Positions 30,768 to 40,867 are shown, counted from the first letter of the stretch. The stretch: DNA of 64,000 nucleotides from Desulfobacteraceae bacterium UBA2156 (GCA_002328165.1 DCWS01000052.1:26677-90676), one strand, 5' to 3'. Notes: generated by a model not told the origin, from the sequence alone. A program made the numbers and translations.

Positions 30768-31936
30768 TCATAGGATTTTCACCATCAACGGCAAGGCTAC
30801 CATGGTTCCCAGAGAACTTCCTATATTGGTGAACACTACGACCAGAAGAATTCGCGTGACCTTATTTTTCCAAAATCCTTTTATGGAGAGGATATCTTCT
30901 GGTAGGTTTTCAAAGTCTTTGACCTTTGGTTTTCGGGCAATCGCTTCCACCAAACCGGAAACCCATCCGGCAGCAATCATCGGATTTATGGAGGTTAGCG
31001 GCGCGGCTATGATCGATGACAAAATGGTTAACGGATGAGCAAAAGCGATAAGAGCACCAAGGCCGGCCAAAACTCCGTTTGCAATTATCCACAATTTAAT
31101 CATGTGGGCACCGGCATCAGTTCCGCCATGAAAGAATCCGAAAATCAAAAGCGCGAGTACCATTGTTGGCAAAATCCATTTCAACAGGGCGGATCTTTTT
31201 TTTTTAGGGGAAGGGTTTCAAGGGCTTTTATGTCCGTATCTGTTTTCCAGTATGTTTTGACACCCGGAATGTGACCCGCTCCCACAACAGCAACAATTTT
31301 TTCTCCGGGGGCGGACCGGATTTTGTGAGCAATGTAACGGTCGCGCTCATCGATGAGAATTTTTTTCATAACCGGCATCGATTTTCCAACATCCGATAGG
31401 AGAGACTCCAACACATCCTGTTCTTTCATTTTTTCGATGTCATTCTCACTGATTTCATCTATCTCCCCTACCGATAGAACAAGTTGAAAAAGAAGTTTAA
31501 CCTTTTCCCAAAAACCCATGACGCGCCACACTCTCCCAAGGGTGATCCGTATATCCCTGTCGGCAAGATGAATTTTCGCTCCGATCGCTTCACCGGTTTC
31601 AATCGCCTTTATCATTTCTCCACCGGGTTTTATATTCAGTTTCTTTGCAATTTTTTTCTGAAACGAAGCAAGAAGGAGACTCGAAAGAAGGAGAAAAACT
31701 TTTTTCTCCTTAATCACCTTGATAATATTCGTATCCTGCCATTTATTTTTTTGCCGGATCGCTTGATACCTGGAATCACACAGTTCAACACAAACCGTAT
31801 CTGGTTTTTCCTCACTGATAACGGAAGCGACAAGATCGGCACTCTCCCTTGATACGTGTGCCGTACCGATAAGAAGTATCGTTTTATCTCCAAAACTGAG
31901 GCTATGTAAGGCACTATTGGTATTTTCGTTATTCAT
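30768..31936 (-). pseudogene. TraB/GumN family protein split by a frameshift in an A10 run
   Basis: The 5' ORF has IGTAHVS, VELC, DERD and VVGAGH; the 3' ORF has the membrane C-terminus (HPLTIL, NIGSSLGT). Ten T at 31196-31205; 8 or 11 would restore the frame. Confidence 0.85.
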
Positions 31937-32008
31937 CGATTATTTTCACCGGTTGTATTTTAATCGACCCTTTTTTGTTTTACAAACTCGCACGAAAATA
32001 TTACATTC

Positions 32009-32527
32009 ATGGAGGGAATGCAAGGTATATACTCTCCGGTGGGTTCAATTAAGACACGAATCGGCCGCAATCGAGATGCGCTTGTAATGATCACTCAGGT
32101 GTCGGGTATGCGCATACAAGACGATATATTCTTCTGGGAAGGATGGGGTGGACGGCTTCGGTTGGGAAACGGCAAGTGCCGGCTTCGTATCTATGATCTA
32201 AAAAAAGAAGACAAAAATGACCTGGCACATCTTAGGCCGACCATTGTGGTGGTTTCTGATGTACCGGAGAGCAAAATGTCTGTAAGGAGTTGTGCCGGAC
32301 ATATTGCGACAAAGGTCGTCGAAACATTTTGCATCGATCCCCAACGTACGCTATTTATTGAATTTTACCCATCTGCAACATACGGAAGATATAATGAACA
32401 TGTGATTATGGAACGGTACGATATCGTTGAATTTACATGGCATGAAAACCAGGCAATAAAGCCTAAATGGAGGTTATTACCACCGCCACTGTTAGATATT
32501 TTGAAGCGAATAATAGATGATGAATGA
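32009..32527 (+). CDS. hypothetical protein
   Basis: Coding-like ORF (FFWEGWGG, CRLRIYDL) overlapping the ridA start; start codon uncertain. Confidence 0.65.
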   Translation: MEGMQGIYSPVGSIKTRIGRNRDALVMITQVSGMRIQDDIFFWEGWGGRLRLGNGKCRLRIYDLKKEDKNDLAHLRPTIVVVSDVPESKMSVRSCAGHIATKVVETFCIDPQRTLFIEFYPSATYGRYNEHVIMERYDIVEFTWHENQAIKPKWRLLPPPLLDILKRIIDDE

Positions 32528-32546
32528 TTTGAGGGGGAATTTTTTT

Positions 32547-32927
32547 ATGAAAGGGAAGACAATCCAAACAGACAAGGCGCCTGCAGCCATAGGGCCATAT
32601 TCACAGGGGATCAAATTGGGCTCATTGCTTTTTGTAAGCGGACAGATTGGAATGCACCCTGAAACCGGTGAACTGGTCAGTCCGGATTTTGCACCCCAAG
32701 TCCGTCAGACACTGGAAAATCTGCTGCATGTTGTTAAAGCCGCTGGGGGTGATCTGGATCAGGTGGTGGCTGTCGATGTATATTTAACTGATATGGGAAA
32801 ATTTGTCGAATTCAACGGGATCTACCAGGAATACTTTGCCGAGCACCGACCGGCCCGTGCGGTGATAGAAGTGTGCGCACTCCCAAAAGGCGCGCGCGTG
32901 GAGATCAAGTGCATCGCAGGCATGTGA
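32547..32927 (+). CDS. ridA: RidA/YjgF family enamine/imine deaminase
   Basis: APAAIGPYSQ, FVSGQIG, RPAR and LPKGARVEI. Confidence 0.9.
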   Translation: MKGKTIQTDKAPAAIGPYSQGIKLGSLLFVSGQIGMHPETGELVSPDFAPQVRQTLENLLHVVKAAGGDLDQVVAVDVYLTDMGKFVEFNGIYQEYFAEHRPARAVIEVCALPKGARVEIKCIAGM

Positions 32928-33048
32928 GACAATAAAGATAGAGAGCGCATTCTCCTCCGCTTCGAGGTTAGTGGGCGAATCGTAAAGCAAGATAAGTCCT
33001 TATCGGTGAAATCTCGCTGAAATGGGACTGTTGTTTCTCTGACCGGAT

Positions 33049-33402
33049 TTATCCTAGGCCGCACTCCATTTTGGCTGTCTCCTTCTTGAGACCGCCAATA
33101 CGGGGATGGGATCTTCCACAATCGGTGACGACCAGAGCGATTACAATTTCGTCTGCCATCTGGGCATCGTCGATTCTAATCGCCATTGCATCGAAATGAG
33201 ACCGGACAAATGCCGCGTCCTTAAAATTGATCGGCACATCAATCTCTGTTCCCATTCCGCCTATTTTCTTTGCTGAGTGAATCAGAGACTTCCCGCCACC
33301 GACGGCGTCCCGAAAGGGTTTTCCCAGTTTAGAGTGGAGAATGGGTTCTTCAATATCGCCACTCACCAGTTTACCGATGTTTTTGAGTAGCACTTTTGGC
33401 AT
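33049..33402 (-). pseudogene. chimeric remnant: enamidase-like amidohydrolase N-terminus fused to the C-half of a DUF1185 (amino acid synthesis family) protein
   Basis: The first 22 aa MPKVLLKNIGKLVSGDIEEPIL resemble the enamidase N-terminus; the rest (GGGKSLI.SAKK, IDVP, RSHFDAM, DEIVIAL, PRIGG) is DUF1185-like. Confidence 0.7.
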
Positions 33403-33429
33403 GCTGATGTCTCCTTTCCACCTATATTC

Positions 33430-34068
33430 TTATCCTTTAGAGATTGTAACGCCCTTTAACTCCATCTCCCGAATAGCACTATTGGATGTCTCAGGACTTA
33501 AGCCACGGCAAAGATCCGTAATAAGCTCAACCTGATACCCATGCCCTACAGCATCTAAAACAGTGGCTTTCACACAGTAATCAGTTGCCAGACCGTAAAT
33601 GATTAACTTCCGAATTCCGTCCCGCCGCAAGAGGCGATCAAGGTCGGTTTTGTGGCCACCATCATCAAAAAAACCGGAGTATGAGTCGAGCTTTGGATTT
33701 GTACCTTTCTTAACTGTCTCAATGAGTCCTTTGATGAGAATCAGAATATCAGCACCAGAGGTGTTCTGGACACAATGAGGAGGCCACATGACTTGGGTTC
33801 GTCCCTCTTCTATCTCAATTTCCTGAAAGGGTTCCGTGCCCGGATTGTTGGTGAAGAAGCTAATATGGTCCGCTGGATGCCAATCCTTAGTAAAATAAAT
33901 AGGGTGTCCCTGCTCCAGCAACCGCCGGGTTGCCTTTTCGACCTGGTCAATATATTGAGCGTCCGCCCCGGGTACCGCCAAAGCGCCGGACTTAAATTCC
34001 GTGAAATCCGCCTGAACATCAACGACAATAACGCCGGTATTTTCAATTGAAAACGTTTGTTCTGCCAT
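33430..34068 (-). CDS. pncA: nicotinamidase/pyrazinamidase
   Basis: VDVQADF, DWHPADH, WPPHCVQ and GLATDYCV catalytic motifs. Confidence 0.92.
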   Translation of the reverse strand: MAEQTFSIENTGVIVVDVQADFTEFKSGALAVPGADAQYIDQVEKATRRLLEQGHPIYFTKDWHPADHISFFTNNPGTEPFQEIEIEEGRTQVMWPPHCVQNTSGADILILIKGLIETVKKGTNPKLDSYSGFFDDGGHKTDLDRLLRRDGIRKLIIYGLATDYCVKATVLDAVGHGYQVELITDLCRGLSPETSNSAIREMELKGVTISKG

Positions 34069-34127
34069 TGGGATCCTCCGTTATTTTCCTGCAAAAGAAC
34101 AATCGGTTTTTGATGTAGCCACCGCGC

Positions 34128-34691
34128 TCACCGCCTGATCCCCACGTACTTGATCAGAATCTCAGGGTTCGAGGTGAGTTCTGTGGGGGTTGATTGATAT
34201 CGTATCGACCCGTTTTCCATCAAGGCCACTCTATCCGGACCTTTAAAGGCCGCGTCGATCTTCTGCTCCACGAGAAGAACCCCGACCTGGTGATCTTTTA
34301 ATGTGCTGATGGTTTTTAAAAGTCGTTGGACCAATGACGGCATGAGCCCTTCACCCGGCTCGTCCATCAACAGCAACCGCAGATTCGAGCACAGCGCCCT
34401 GGCGGTGGTGAGCATCTGCTGTTCGCCTCCGCTCAGCGTCCCCGCACGTTGCCGAAGCCGCTCCTTAGCCACCGGAAAGAGGTCGAGCACCCAGTCCAGC
34501 GTTTCCTTTCCGCTCTTTCGCACCAAAAGTCCAATCCGCAGATTCTCCTCGACGGTACAGAACGTAAACAGCCTTCGCCCCTGGGGAACGTATGCGATCC
34601 CGAGCTTAGAGATATCGTGTGGCCGAAGAGCGGTCAACTCCTGTCCATCCAGCTTGACGCTTCCCGATTTCGGTTTAACAAAGCCGTGCAT
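34128..34691 (-). pseudogene. LivF-type ABC ATPase lacking the N-terminal Walker A motif
   Basis: Has YVPQGRRLF, LSGGEQQ and LLMDEP but no GxxGxGK; abuts a truncated aldehyde dehydrogenase. Confidence 0.8.
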
Positions 34692-35056
34692 GCGGATTCA
34701 ATGTTCTCGATGACCCGCCTGACCGAACCGATGGCTTCACCGATAGTCCTGCCATGGTCCTGGGATAGAACGCGGGTAAGTTTATCAAAGTTGTTTTCGA
34801 ACACGGCGCACATGTCAAAAAGCATCCGGGCCCTTTCCCGCATCGGCACATTCCGCCATTCCTAAAAGGCGCGATGAGCGGCTTCGGCCGCTGCAAGCGC
34901 CTCTTTTTTTGTGGCAGAGGGAAATTCTGCGATAGCCTCATCTGTCGCCGGATTCGTATCTGCTTGGATATCAGTCGATTGCGAATCAATCCACTCCCCG
35001 TCAATAAGGATTTTCAGCTTTCCGTAATGCTTTTTCACTTCGGGTAACAACGGCAT
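34690..35056 (-). pseudogene. CoA-acylating (methylmalonate-semialdehyde-type) aldehyde dehydrogenase, N-terminal fragment
   Basis: IDGEW...NPAT...AHRAF*EWRNVP.RERAR...HGRT...GSVRR.IENIESAC in one frame, with an in-frame TAG at 34862-34864, then truncated. Confidence 0.8.
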
Positions 35057-35363
35057 GATATCCTCCTTTATTCATTCTTTATTTTCAATTGAATACGGCT
35101 CTCATCGATCGGTCCCGCACAAAAACCAGGCTTGTTCAGGGTTAAAAAGAAAAAAAAGAGTTAGCATTTATATTCTGTCCCTTTCGTTTGATGTTTTTGT
35201 CTGCAATAAACCATTCATGTTGTCAAGAGAAGAATAAGGCAGGGAAAAAAGAGATTTTCTCAGGATACTTTTTACTTGAAATTCGACCATATCACCCTTA
35301 TGATCTTGATTTAACAAAATGGGTTCAGAATTTGTTGATTTCAGGAACACGTACATATTTTTC

Positions 35364-35392
35364 TTGACCTAGAAAACAGATCAAATTATATT
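35364..35392 (+). promoter_or_regulatory. sigma70-like promoter of the ABC substrate-binding gene
   Basis: TTGACC-17 bp-TATATT upstream of a GGAGGA RBS. Confidence 0.55.
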
Positions 35393-35439
35393 TTGTTAAC
35401 TATGTCTTAAATTTTAACCATAAAATGGAGGAGGAAACT

Positions 35440-36645
35440 ATGAAGAAACGACTCATTTTAGTCAGTATTTTGGTGTTCTCATTCGCCTTTATTTCTGGCG
35501 CCCTAGCTTCTGGGCACAATGCGGATATCAAAATAGGGATCATCCTCGGCTTCACGGGGCCGATTGAATCGCTGACGCCGGACATGGCCGCTTCCGCGGA
35601 ACTGGCCCTCAAGGAAGCCTCCGATTCTGGTTTGCTTCTGGGCGGGCGGAAGGCCGTGGGAGTCCGCGCCGACTCGACCTGCATCGATGCAGGGGCCGCA
35701 ACGACAGCGGCCGAAAGGCTGGTAACCTCGGACAAGGTGGCAGCCATCATGGGCGCTGATTGTTCCGGCGTGACCACCGCCATTGCCAACAACGTCGCGA
35801 TTCCGAACGGCGTACCGATTATGTCTCCCTCGGCCACCTCGCCGGCGCTGACGACGATTGCCGATAACGGCTACTTTTTCCGCACTGCCCCTTCGGACGC
35901 TCGCCAGGGGCAGGTGATCGCCCAGATCACTGCCGGAAAAGGGATCAAGAATGTCGCGGTGACCTACACCAAAAACGATTACGGCCAGGGTCTGGCAGAT
36001 TCTTTTTCCGGCGCTTTCAAGGCTCTTGGCGGCAAGGTTGCAGCCGTGGTGCCCCATGAAGACGGCAAGGCGGACTATTCCGCTGAAGTTGGTTCTCTGG
36101 ATGCTTCAGGAGCCGATGTTCTCGCCGTTTTCGGGTATGTGAACAGCGGTGGTCGGCACATGATCCAGACTTCCCTGGACAGTGGTGCTTTCGGCAAGTT
36201 CATCCTGGCAGACGGCATGTATGGCGATTCCCTGATGAAGGACATCGACGGGGATATCACCGGTACTTTCGGTACGGTTCCAGGTACAGATTCGAAAGGT
36301 GCGCAAAGGTTTGCGGTGATGTCAAAATCTGCCAAGATCAAGGTCGGCGGACCCTTCACCGCGGAATCCTATGACGCGGCGGCCCTGCTGGTCCTGGCTA
36401 TGCAGTCCGCGGGTTCCACCGACGGTGCGGCGATTGCCTCGAATATCATGGGGGTGGCCAATGCTCCCGGCGAGAAGATTATGCCCGGCGAACTGGCCAA
36501 GGGATTAAAAATCCTGGCCAAGGGCGGCGCCGTGGACTACGTCGGCGCCTCCAACGTGGAACTCACCGGGGTCGGTGAAGCTTCCGGTTCCTACAAGGAA
36601 TACGAAGTCCGGGACAAGGCGTTCCAGACGGTCAAGTTCCATTAA
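35440..36645 (+). CDS. branched-chain amino acid (HAAT) ABC transporter substrate-binding protein
   Basis: Signal peptide, KIGIILGFTGP, SPSATSPALT, FFRTAPSD and YDAA. Confidence 0.9.
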   Translation: MKKRLILVSILVFSFAFISGALASGHNADIKIGIILGFTGPIESLTPDMAASAELALKEASDSGLLLGGRKAVGVRADSTCIDAGAATTAAERLVTSDKVAAIMGADCSGVTTAIANNVAIPNGVPIMSPSATSPALTTIADNGYFFRTAPSDARQGQVIAQITAGKGIKNVAVTYTKNDYGQGLADSFSGAFKALGGKVAAVVPHEDGKADYSAEVGSLDASGADVLAVFGYVNSGGRHMIQTSLDSGAFGKFILADGMYGDSLMKDIDGDITGTFGTVPGTDSKGAQRFAVMSKSAKIKVGGPFTAESYDAAALLVLAMQSAGSTDGAAIASNIMGVANAPGEKIMPGELAKGLKILAKGGAVDYVGASNVELTGVGEASGSYKEYEVRDKAFQTVKFH

Positions 36646-36660
36646 ATCCTTTCTTCCACA

Positions 36661-36695
36661 AACTCTGGCCCGGTTCTCCGAACCGGACCAGAGTT
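36661..36695. terminator. hairpin between convergent ABC genes, probably bidirectional
   Basis: AACTCTGG-C-CCGGTT...AACCGG-A-CCAGAGTT followed by a T-rich tract. Confidence 0.7.
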
Positions 36696-36709
36696 CTTTC
36701 TGCTATTTT

Positions 36710-38074
36710 TCAGCTTCTCTCCGGAATCTTTTCCGGCAACACTCCCCTGGGGCTGAATCTCAGCACCAGCACTAGGATCAGTCCCATCAACACCATTCGC
36801 ATGTACGGAGCGACCTCCAGCAGGTGCTGACTGAGCGGGCTGTTTTCGGCAAGCATAGAGTTGACGAGCCCCACCAGCCAGAGGGCGGCGGGTTCCGCTT
36901 CGATCCAGAGAAACCAGGTGATGAACGCTCCGATCACGGAGCCCAGATTGTTGCCGCTGCCACCAATGACTACCATGACCCAGATCAGAAAAGTGAAACG
37001 CAGCGGAATGTAGGATCCTGGAGTAAACTGTCCATCCAGGGTGGTCAGCATCGCACCGGCGATACCGATTACCGCCGAACCGATGATGAACACCTGGCGA
37101 TGGCGGTTCGTCACGTCTTTGCCAAGCGCGGCGGCGGCTACCTCATTATCGCGGATCGCGCGCAACATTCTGCCCCAGGGCGAGTTCAGCGCCAGCATCG
37201 CCAAAGCTAGAATCGTCAGTAGCACGGCCAGAAAAAGGGCTGAGTAACAGAGTTTGACAAAAACTCCCGAGCTTAAAAGAATTACCTCGCGGAGGGCATC
37301 CGAGCCCGCCCCGCTTTCTGTGAGGCTGCCTCCATGAAACCACTTAGCCAGGGAGATGAACCACTCGGCCTGCTGCAGTTCGACTTCGTAGGGAACCGGC
37401 CGTGCGAGTCCCGTCACGTTTTTCACCCCGCGGGTCAGCCAGTCCTCGTTCTTGAGGATGGAAATCATGATTTCGGAAATACCGAGGGTGGCGATGGCAA
37501 AATAATCGGAACGCAACCCGAGGGCGATCCGGCCCACCAGCCAGGCCAGTCCGGCAGCCGCCAATCCACCGACTGCCCAGGAGAATAGCACCGGCAAGCC
37601 AAGACCTCCGAGAAACCCGGTTTTGGCGGTTTCCACGGCTTCAATACTAGACGAGGCCTCTTCGAAAAAAAAGCGCATAAAACCGTATCCCACAAGCACC
37701 ACGGCCGTCAGGCTCAGTGAACGGGCGCGTCCAGGGCGCATTCGTTTCCAGACTAGCAGCCCCAGAACGATGGTCACGACGAGGGCGGCGAATGCGATGC
37801 CAAGTTCCGTGCCTCCCGCGTCCCAGGCTTTCCCGACCGGAGAATAAGAGATCAGCACCGCTGCCAGTCCTCCCACCGCGGTGGATGCCATTACCCCGGC
37901 ATTGAACAGCCCGGCATAACCCCACTGCATGTTGAGCCCCATCGACATGATCGCCGAGATCAGGCAGAGATTGAAGATCGCCAGCATCACATTCCAGGAC
38001 TGGCCGAACCCCACCGCCAGCAGCAGCACGGTCATGATTGAAAAGCAGATGGTTGTCCTAACAGTCTGGTTCAC
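36710..38074 (-). CDS. livM: HAAT ABC transporter permease (LivM-like)
   Basis: GLNMQWGYAGLFN, LRSDYFAIATL, SPWGR.LRAIRDNE and IGGSGN. Confidence 0.85.
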   Translation of the reverse strand: MNQTVRTTICFSIMTVLLLAVGFGQSWNVMLAIFNLCLISAIMSMGLNMQWGYAGLFNAGVMASTAVGGLAAVLISYSPVGKAWDAGGTELGIAFAALVVTIVLGLLVWKRMRPGRARSLSLTAVVLVGYGFMRFFFEEASSSIEAVETAKTGFLGGLGLPVLFSWAVGGLAAAGLAWLVGRIALGLRSDYFAIATLGISEIMISILKNEDWLTRGVKNVTGLARPVPYEVELQQAEWFISLAKWFHGGSLTESGAGSDALREVILLSSGVFVKLCYSALFLAVLLTILALAMLALNSPWGRMLRAIRDNEVAAAALGKDVTNRHRQVFIIGSAVIGIAGAMLTTLDGQFTPGSYIPLRFTFLIWVMVVIGGSGNNLGSVIGAFITWFLWIEAEPAALWLVGLVNSMLAENSPLSQHLLEVAPYMRMVLMGLILVLVLRFSPRGVLPEKIPERS

Positions 38075-39093
38075 AGCACCCTCCCGCGCAGAATCCCGGT
38101 CGGTCTTACTAAAAGGACCAGGACGAGGATCAGAAAGGACACCGCGAATTTGTAGTCCGTACCCAGAAACTGCATCAGTCCGTCCGGCGCCATTTCGAGG
38201 GGAAGGAGGTATTTCAGAAATTTCTTGAACGCATAGGTCGCGGTCACCTCCGAGAAGGCGACGATGTATCCGCCCAAAATCGCTCCGACGGGCTGTCCGA
38301 TGCCGCCAACGATGGCGGCGGCAAATAACGGCAAAAGCAGGTGAAAGTAGACCAGCGGTTTGAAACTCTTGTCCAGCCCGTAGAGCACCCCGGCCAAAGT
38401 TGCCAGGGCTGCCGTGATGACCCAGGTCACCATCACAACACGCTCCGGATTGATGCCCGAAAGCAGGGCCAGATCTTCGTTGTCGGAAAAGGCACGCATC
38501 GCCTTGCCCGTTCGGGTGCGCTGGAGAAACCAGAACAGCAGCAGCACCGCCAGAACCGCCAGAATGACAGTCAGCACCTGGGTCTGTTTCAGCGCCAGAC
38601 CCTCGCTCAAGCCCGTCATTTTTTTGAAGGCCCCGGCCTTGATCAGGAATTTCTGTCCGTCCCTGAATAGGATTTCATCGGGGCCGATGAACATCCGGAC
38701 GATACCGTTCAGCATGAACATCACCCCCACCGATGCGATGACGAAGATCACCGGGCGGCTCTTGCGCAGGCGGTAAAAACGGAAGACGGAACGCTCGGCA
38801 GTAAGGGCCAGCAACATGGTGATCAGAATCGCCAGGGGCAAAGCTAGCACTGCCGTGGGGAAAAAACCAGCGGTGAAGCCCAGGGACTGGAACCACCAGG
38901 TGATGAAAATAGTGCACATGGTCCCGAAGGACATCATCTCCCCATGGTAAAAGTTGGCGAAGCGCAGAATGCCGAAAACCAGCGTAACCCCCACCGCGCC
39001 GAGAGCCAGCTGGGATCCATAAGATAAAGAGGGGATCAGCACATAGTTCGAGAGTAAAACCAGGGCATTCAGCAGATCTGTCGTGTATTCCAA
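38071..39093 (-). CDS. livH: HAAT ABC transporter permease (LivH-like)
   Basis: GVTLVFGILRFANF.HG, TRTGKAMRA, GGIG and RPTG. Confidence 0.85.
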   Translation of the reverse strand: MEYTTDLLNALVLLSNYVLIPSLSYGSQLALGAVGVTLVFGILRFANFYHGEMMSFGTMCTIFITWWFQSLGFTAGFFPTAVLALPLAILITMLLALTAERSVFRFYRLRKSRPVIFVIASVGVMFMLNGIVRMFIGPDEILFRDGQKFLIKAGAFKKMTGLSEGLALKQTQVLTVILAVLAVLLLFWFLQRTRTGKAMRAFSDNEDLALLSGINPERVVMVTWVITAALATLAGVLYGLDKSFKPLVYFHLLLPLFAAAIVGGIGQPVGAILGGYIVAFSEVTATYAFKKFLKYLLPLEMAPDGLMQFLGTDYKFAVSFLILVLVLLVRPTGILRGRVL

Positions 39094-39119
39094 ATCCTTG
39101 TCCTCAACTATATCGAAGG

Positions 39120-39824
39120 TCAGCCCCCCAGAAAGGAGCGTCGCACTTCGGCATTGGCCAGCAGGGCCTCGCCGGTGTCGGTGAAGCGATTTTCTCCGGT
39201 GACCAGAACGAACCCGTGATCGGCAATACTCAGTGCCTGACGGGCATTCTGTTCGACCACCAGCACGGCAATGCCGGTGCGTTTCACTTCAAGGATGCGT
39301 TCAAACAATTCATCCATCACAATCGGTGAAACTCCCGCAGTCGGTTCGTCTAGCATCAGCACACTCGGCAGGGTCATCAGTGCGCGTCCGACCGCCACCT
39401 GCTGACGCTGGCCTCCGGAAAGTTCTCCGGCCGCCTGCCTGCGCCTGTCCTTGAGCACCGGAAACAGCTCGAAGACCCTCTCCATGGTCCCTGAGATGTC
39501 GTCCCGGCGCAGGTAGGCGCCCATCTCCAGATTCTCCTCGACGGTGAGGGTGACGAAGACGTTGTTAGTCTGGGGCACAAAGGCCATTCCGCGTTGGACC
39601 CGCTGCTGGGGTGAAAGCCTGGTGATGTCTTCGCCTTCAAGAAGCACTTTCCCCTCCCGTGGCTTTAGCAGTCCGAGCATGGCCTTCATGGCGGTGGATT
39701 TTCCCGCGCCGTTGGGACCTACCACCACCGCTATTTCACCACGATCCACGGAAATCGTGCAGCCCTTGAGAATGTCCGCACCTCCGTAACCGCCGGTCAT
39801 GCGTTCACCGATCAGGTAGCTCAT
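39120..39824 (-). CDS. livF: HAAT ABC ATP-binding protein
   Basis: GPNGAGKS, LSGGQRQ, LDEPT and VEQNA. Confidence 0.9.
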   Translation of the reverse strand: MSYLIGERMTGGYGGADILKGCTISVDRGEIAVVVGPNGAGKSTAMKAMLGLLKPREGKVLLEGEDITRLSPQQRVQRGMAFVPQTNNVFVTLTVEENLEMGAYLRRDDISGTMERVFELFPVLKDRRRQAAGELSGGQRQQVAVGRALMTLPSVLMLDEPTAGVSPIVMDELFERILEVKRTGIAVLVVEQNARQALSIADHGFVLVTGENRFTDTGEALLANAEVRRSFLGG

Positions 39825-40630
39825 GGAACTTCTCCTCCCTTCTCCAGTGAGGGGTTAGGGTGGATTTGTTCCCGCGCTCCGGTGCCGAGGTACGCCTCGA
39901 TTACCTCCTCGTTGGCCTTGACCTCTTCCGCCGTTCCCTGCGCCAGCAACTTGCCTTCGGCCATCACGATCACCGGGTCGCAGAGACGGCTGATGAAATC
40001 CATATCGTGTTCGATCATGCAGAAGGTGTATCCGCGTTCACGGTTCATCGTCAGGATATGATCTCCGATCTCCTGTTTGAGCGTCTGGTTGACTCCGGCG
40101 CCGACTTCGTCGAGAATGACAAGCTTGGCTTCCACCATCATGGTTCTGCCGAGTTCGAGAAGCTTCTTCTGTCCTCCGGAAAGATTGCCCGCCAGTTCAT
40201 GGGCCAGGTGGTCCAGATTGAGAAAGTCCATCACCTCCCGCGCTTTTTCACGGGTTTTTTCCTCCTGGATCTGGACCGTGCCACGTCGGAACCAGGCGCC
40301 CAGCAGACTTTCTCCGACCTGACGAGGAGGCACCATCATCAGGTTTTCGCGCACACTGAGGGTGTGAAACTCATGGGCAATCTGGAAGGTCCGCAGCAAC
40401 CTCTTGGAAAACAACTCATGGGGCGGAAGACCGGTAACGTCTTCCCCGTCGAGGAGGATCCTGCCGCTGTCCGGTTTGAGCGCTCCCGCGATCAGGTTGA
40501 ACAGGGTTGTCTTGCCTGCGCCGTTTGGTCCGATGAGACCGGTGATGGATCCCTCCCGGACGGTGAAGGAGCACTTATCAACGGCACGCAGGCCGCCGAA
40601 CTTCTTCACAACGTCCCTGACTTCCAGCAT
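39821..40630 (-). CDS. livG: HAAT ABC ATP-binding protein
   Basis: FGGLRAV, GPNGAGKTT, RTFQ, IEHDM and VIEAYLG. Confidence 0.9.
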   Translation of the reverse strand: MLEVRDVVKKFGGLRAVDKCSFTVREGSITGLIGPNGAGKTTLFNLIAGALKPDSGRILLDGEDVTGLPPHELFSKRLLRTFQIAHEFHTLSVRENLMMVPPRQVGESLLGAWFRRGTVQIQEEKTREKAREVMDFLNLDHLAHELAGNLSGGQKKLLELGRTMMVEAKLVILDEVGAGVNQTLKQEIGDHILTMNRERGYTFCMIEHDMDFISRLCDPVIVMAEGKLLAQGTAEEVKANEEVIEAYLGTGAREQIHPNPSLEKGGEVP

Positions 40631-40681
40631 GGGACCCCCTTTAAACTTTTCATGAGTATGTTTTTTCGTATAAAACATTTA

Positions 40682-40710
40682 TTTTTAGGAAAATACCGCA
40701 GGTTTGTCAA
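40682..40710 (-). promoter_or_regulatory. possible sigma70 promoter of the livG operon
   Basis: Perfect TTGACA, 17-bp spacer, weak TAAAAA -10 element. Confidence 0.4.
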
Positions 40711-40867
40711 GTGAACATCACACTTTGCGGAAAAGCTATAGTTTATATTTAAAAAATCTTGCCGGGCAGCGATTTATTTGAGATATAATAATGTGACTGT
40801 TTTCAAAGATGAAAAGAGAGAATCCTAAATTGAGAAAAGAAAATTCAAAGAGAGGTGGATCTTTATT

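Noticed and set aside
34862-34864. In-frame TAG in the aldehyde dehydrogenase, and TAG 19309 in the WYL gene, as possible pyrrolysine readthrough given the nearby MtmB homolog
   Set aside because: Both genes are also truncated or carry TGA/TAA stops, the MtmB homolog has no amber codon, and no pyl genes are in the window.
39860-40714. 284-aa plus-strand ORF and many other overlapping antisense ORFs
   Set aside because: They are shadows of well-supported genes on the opposite strand, common in GC-rich DNA, and carry no motifs.
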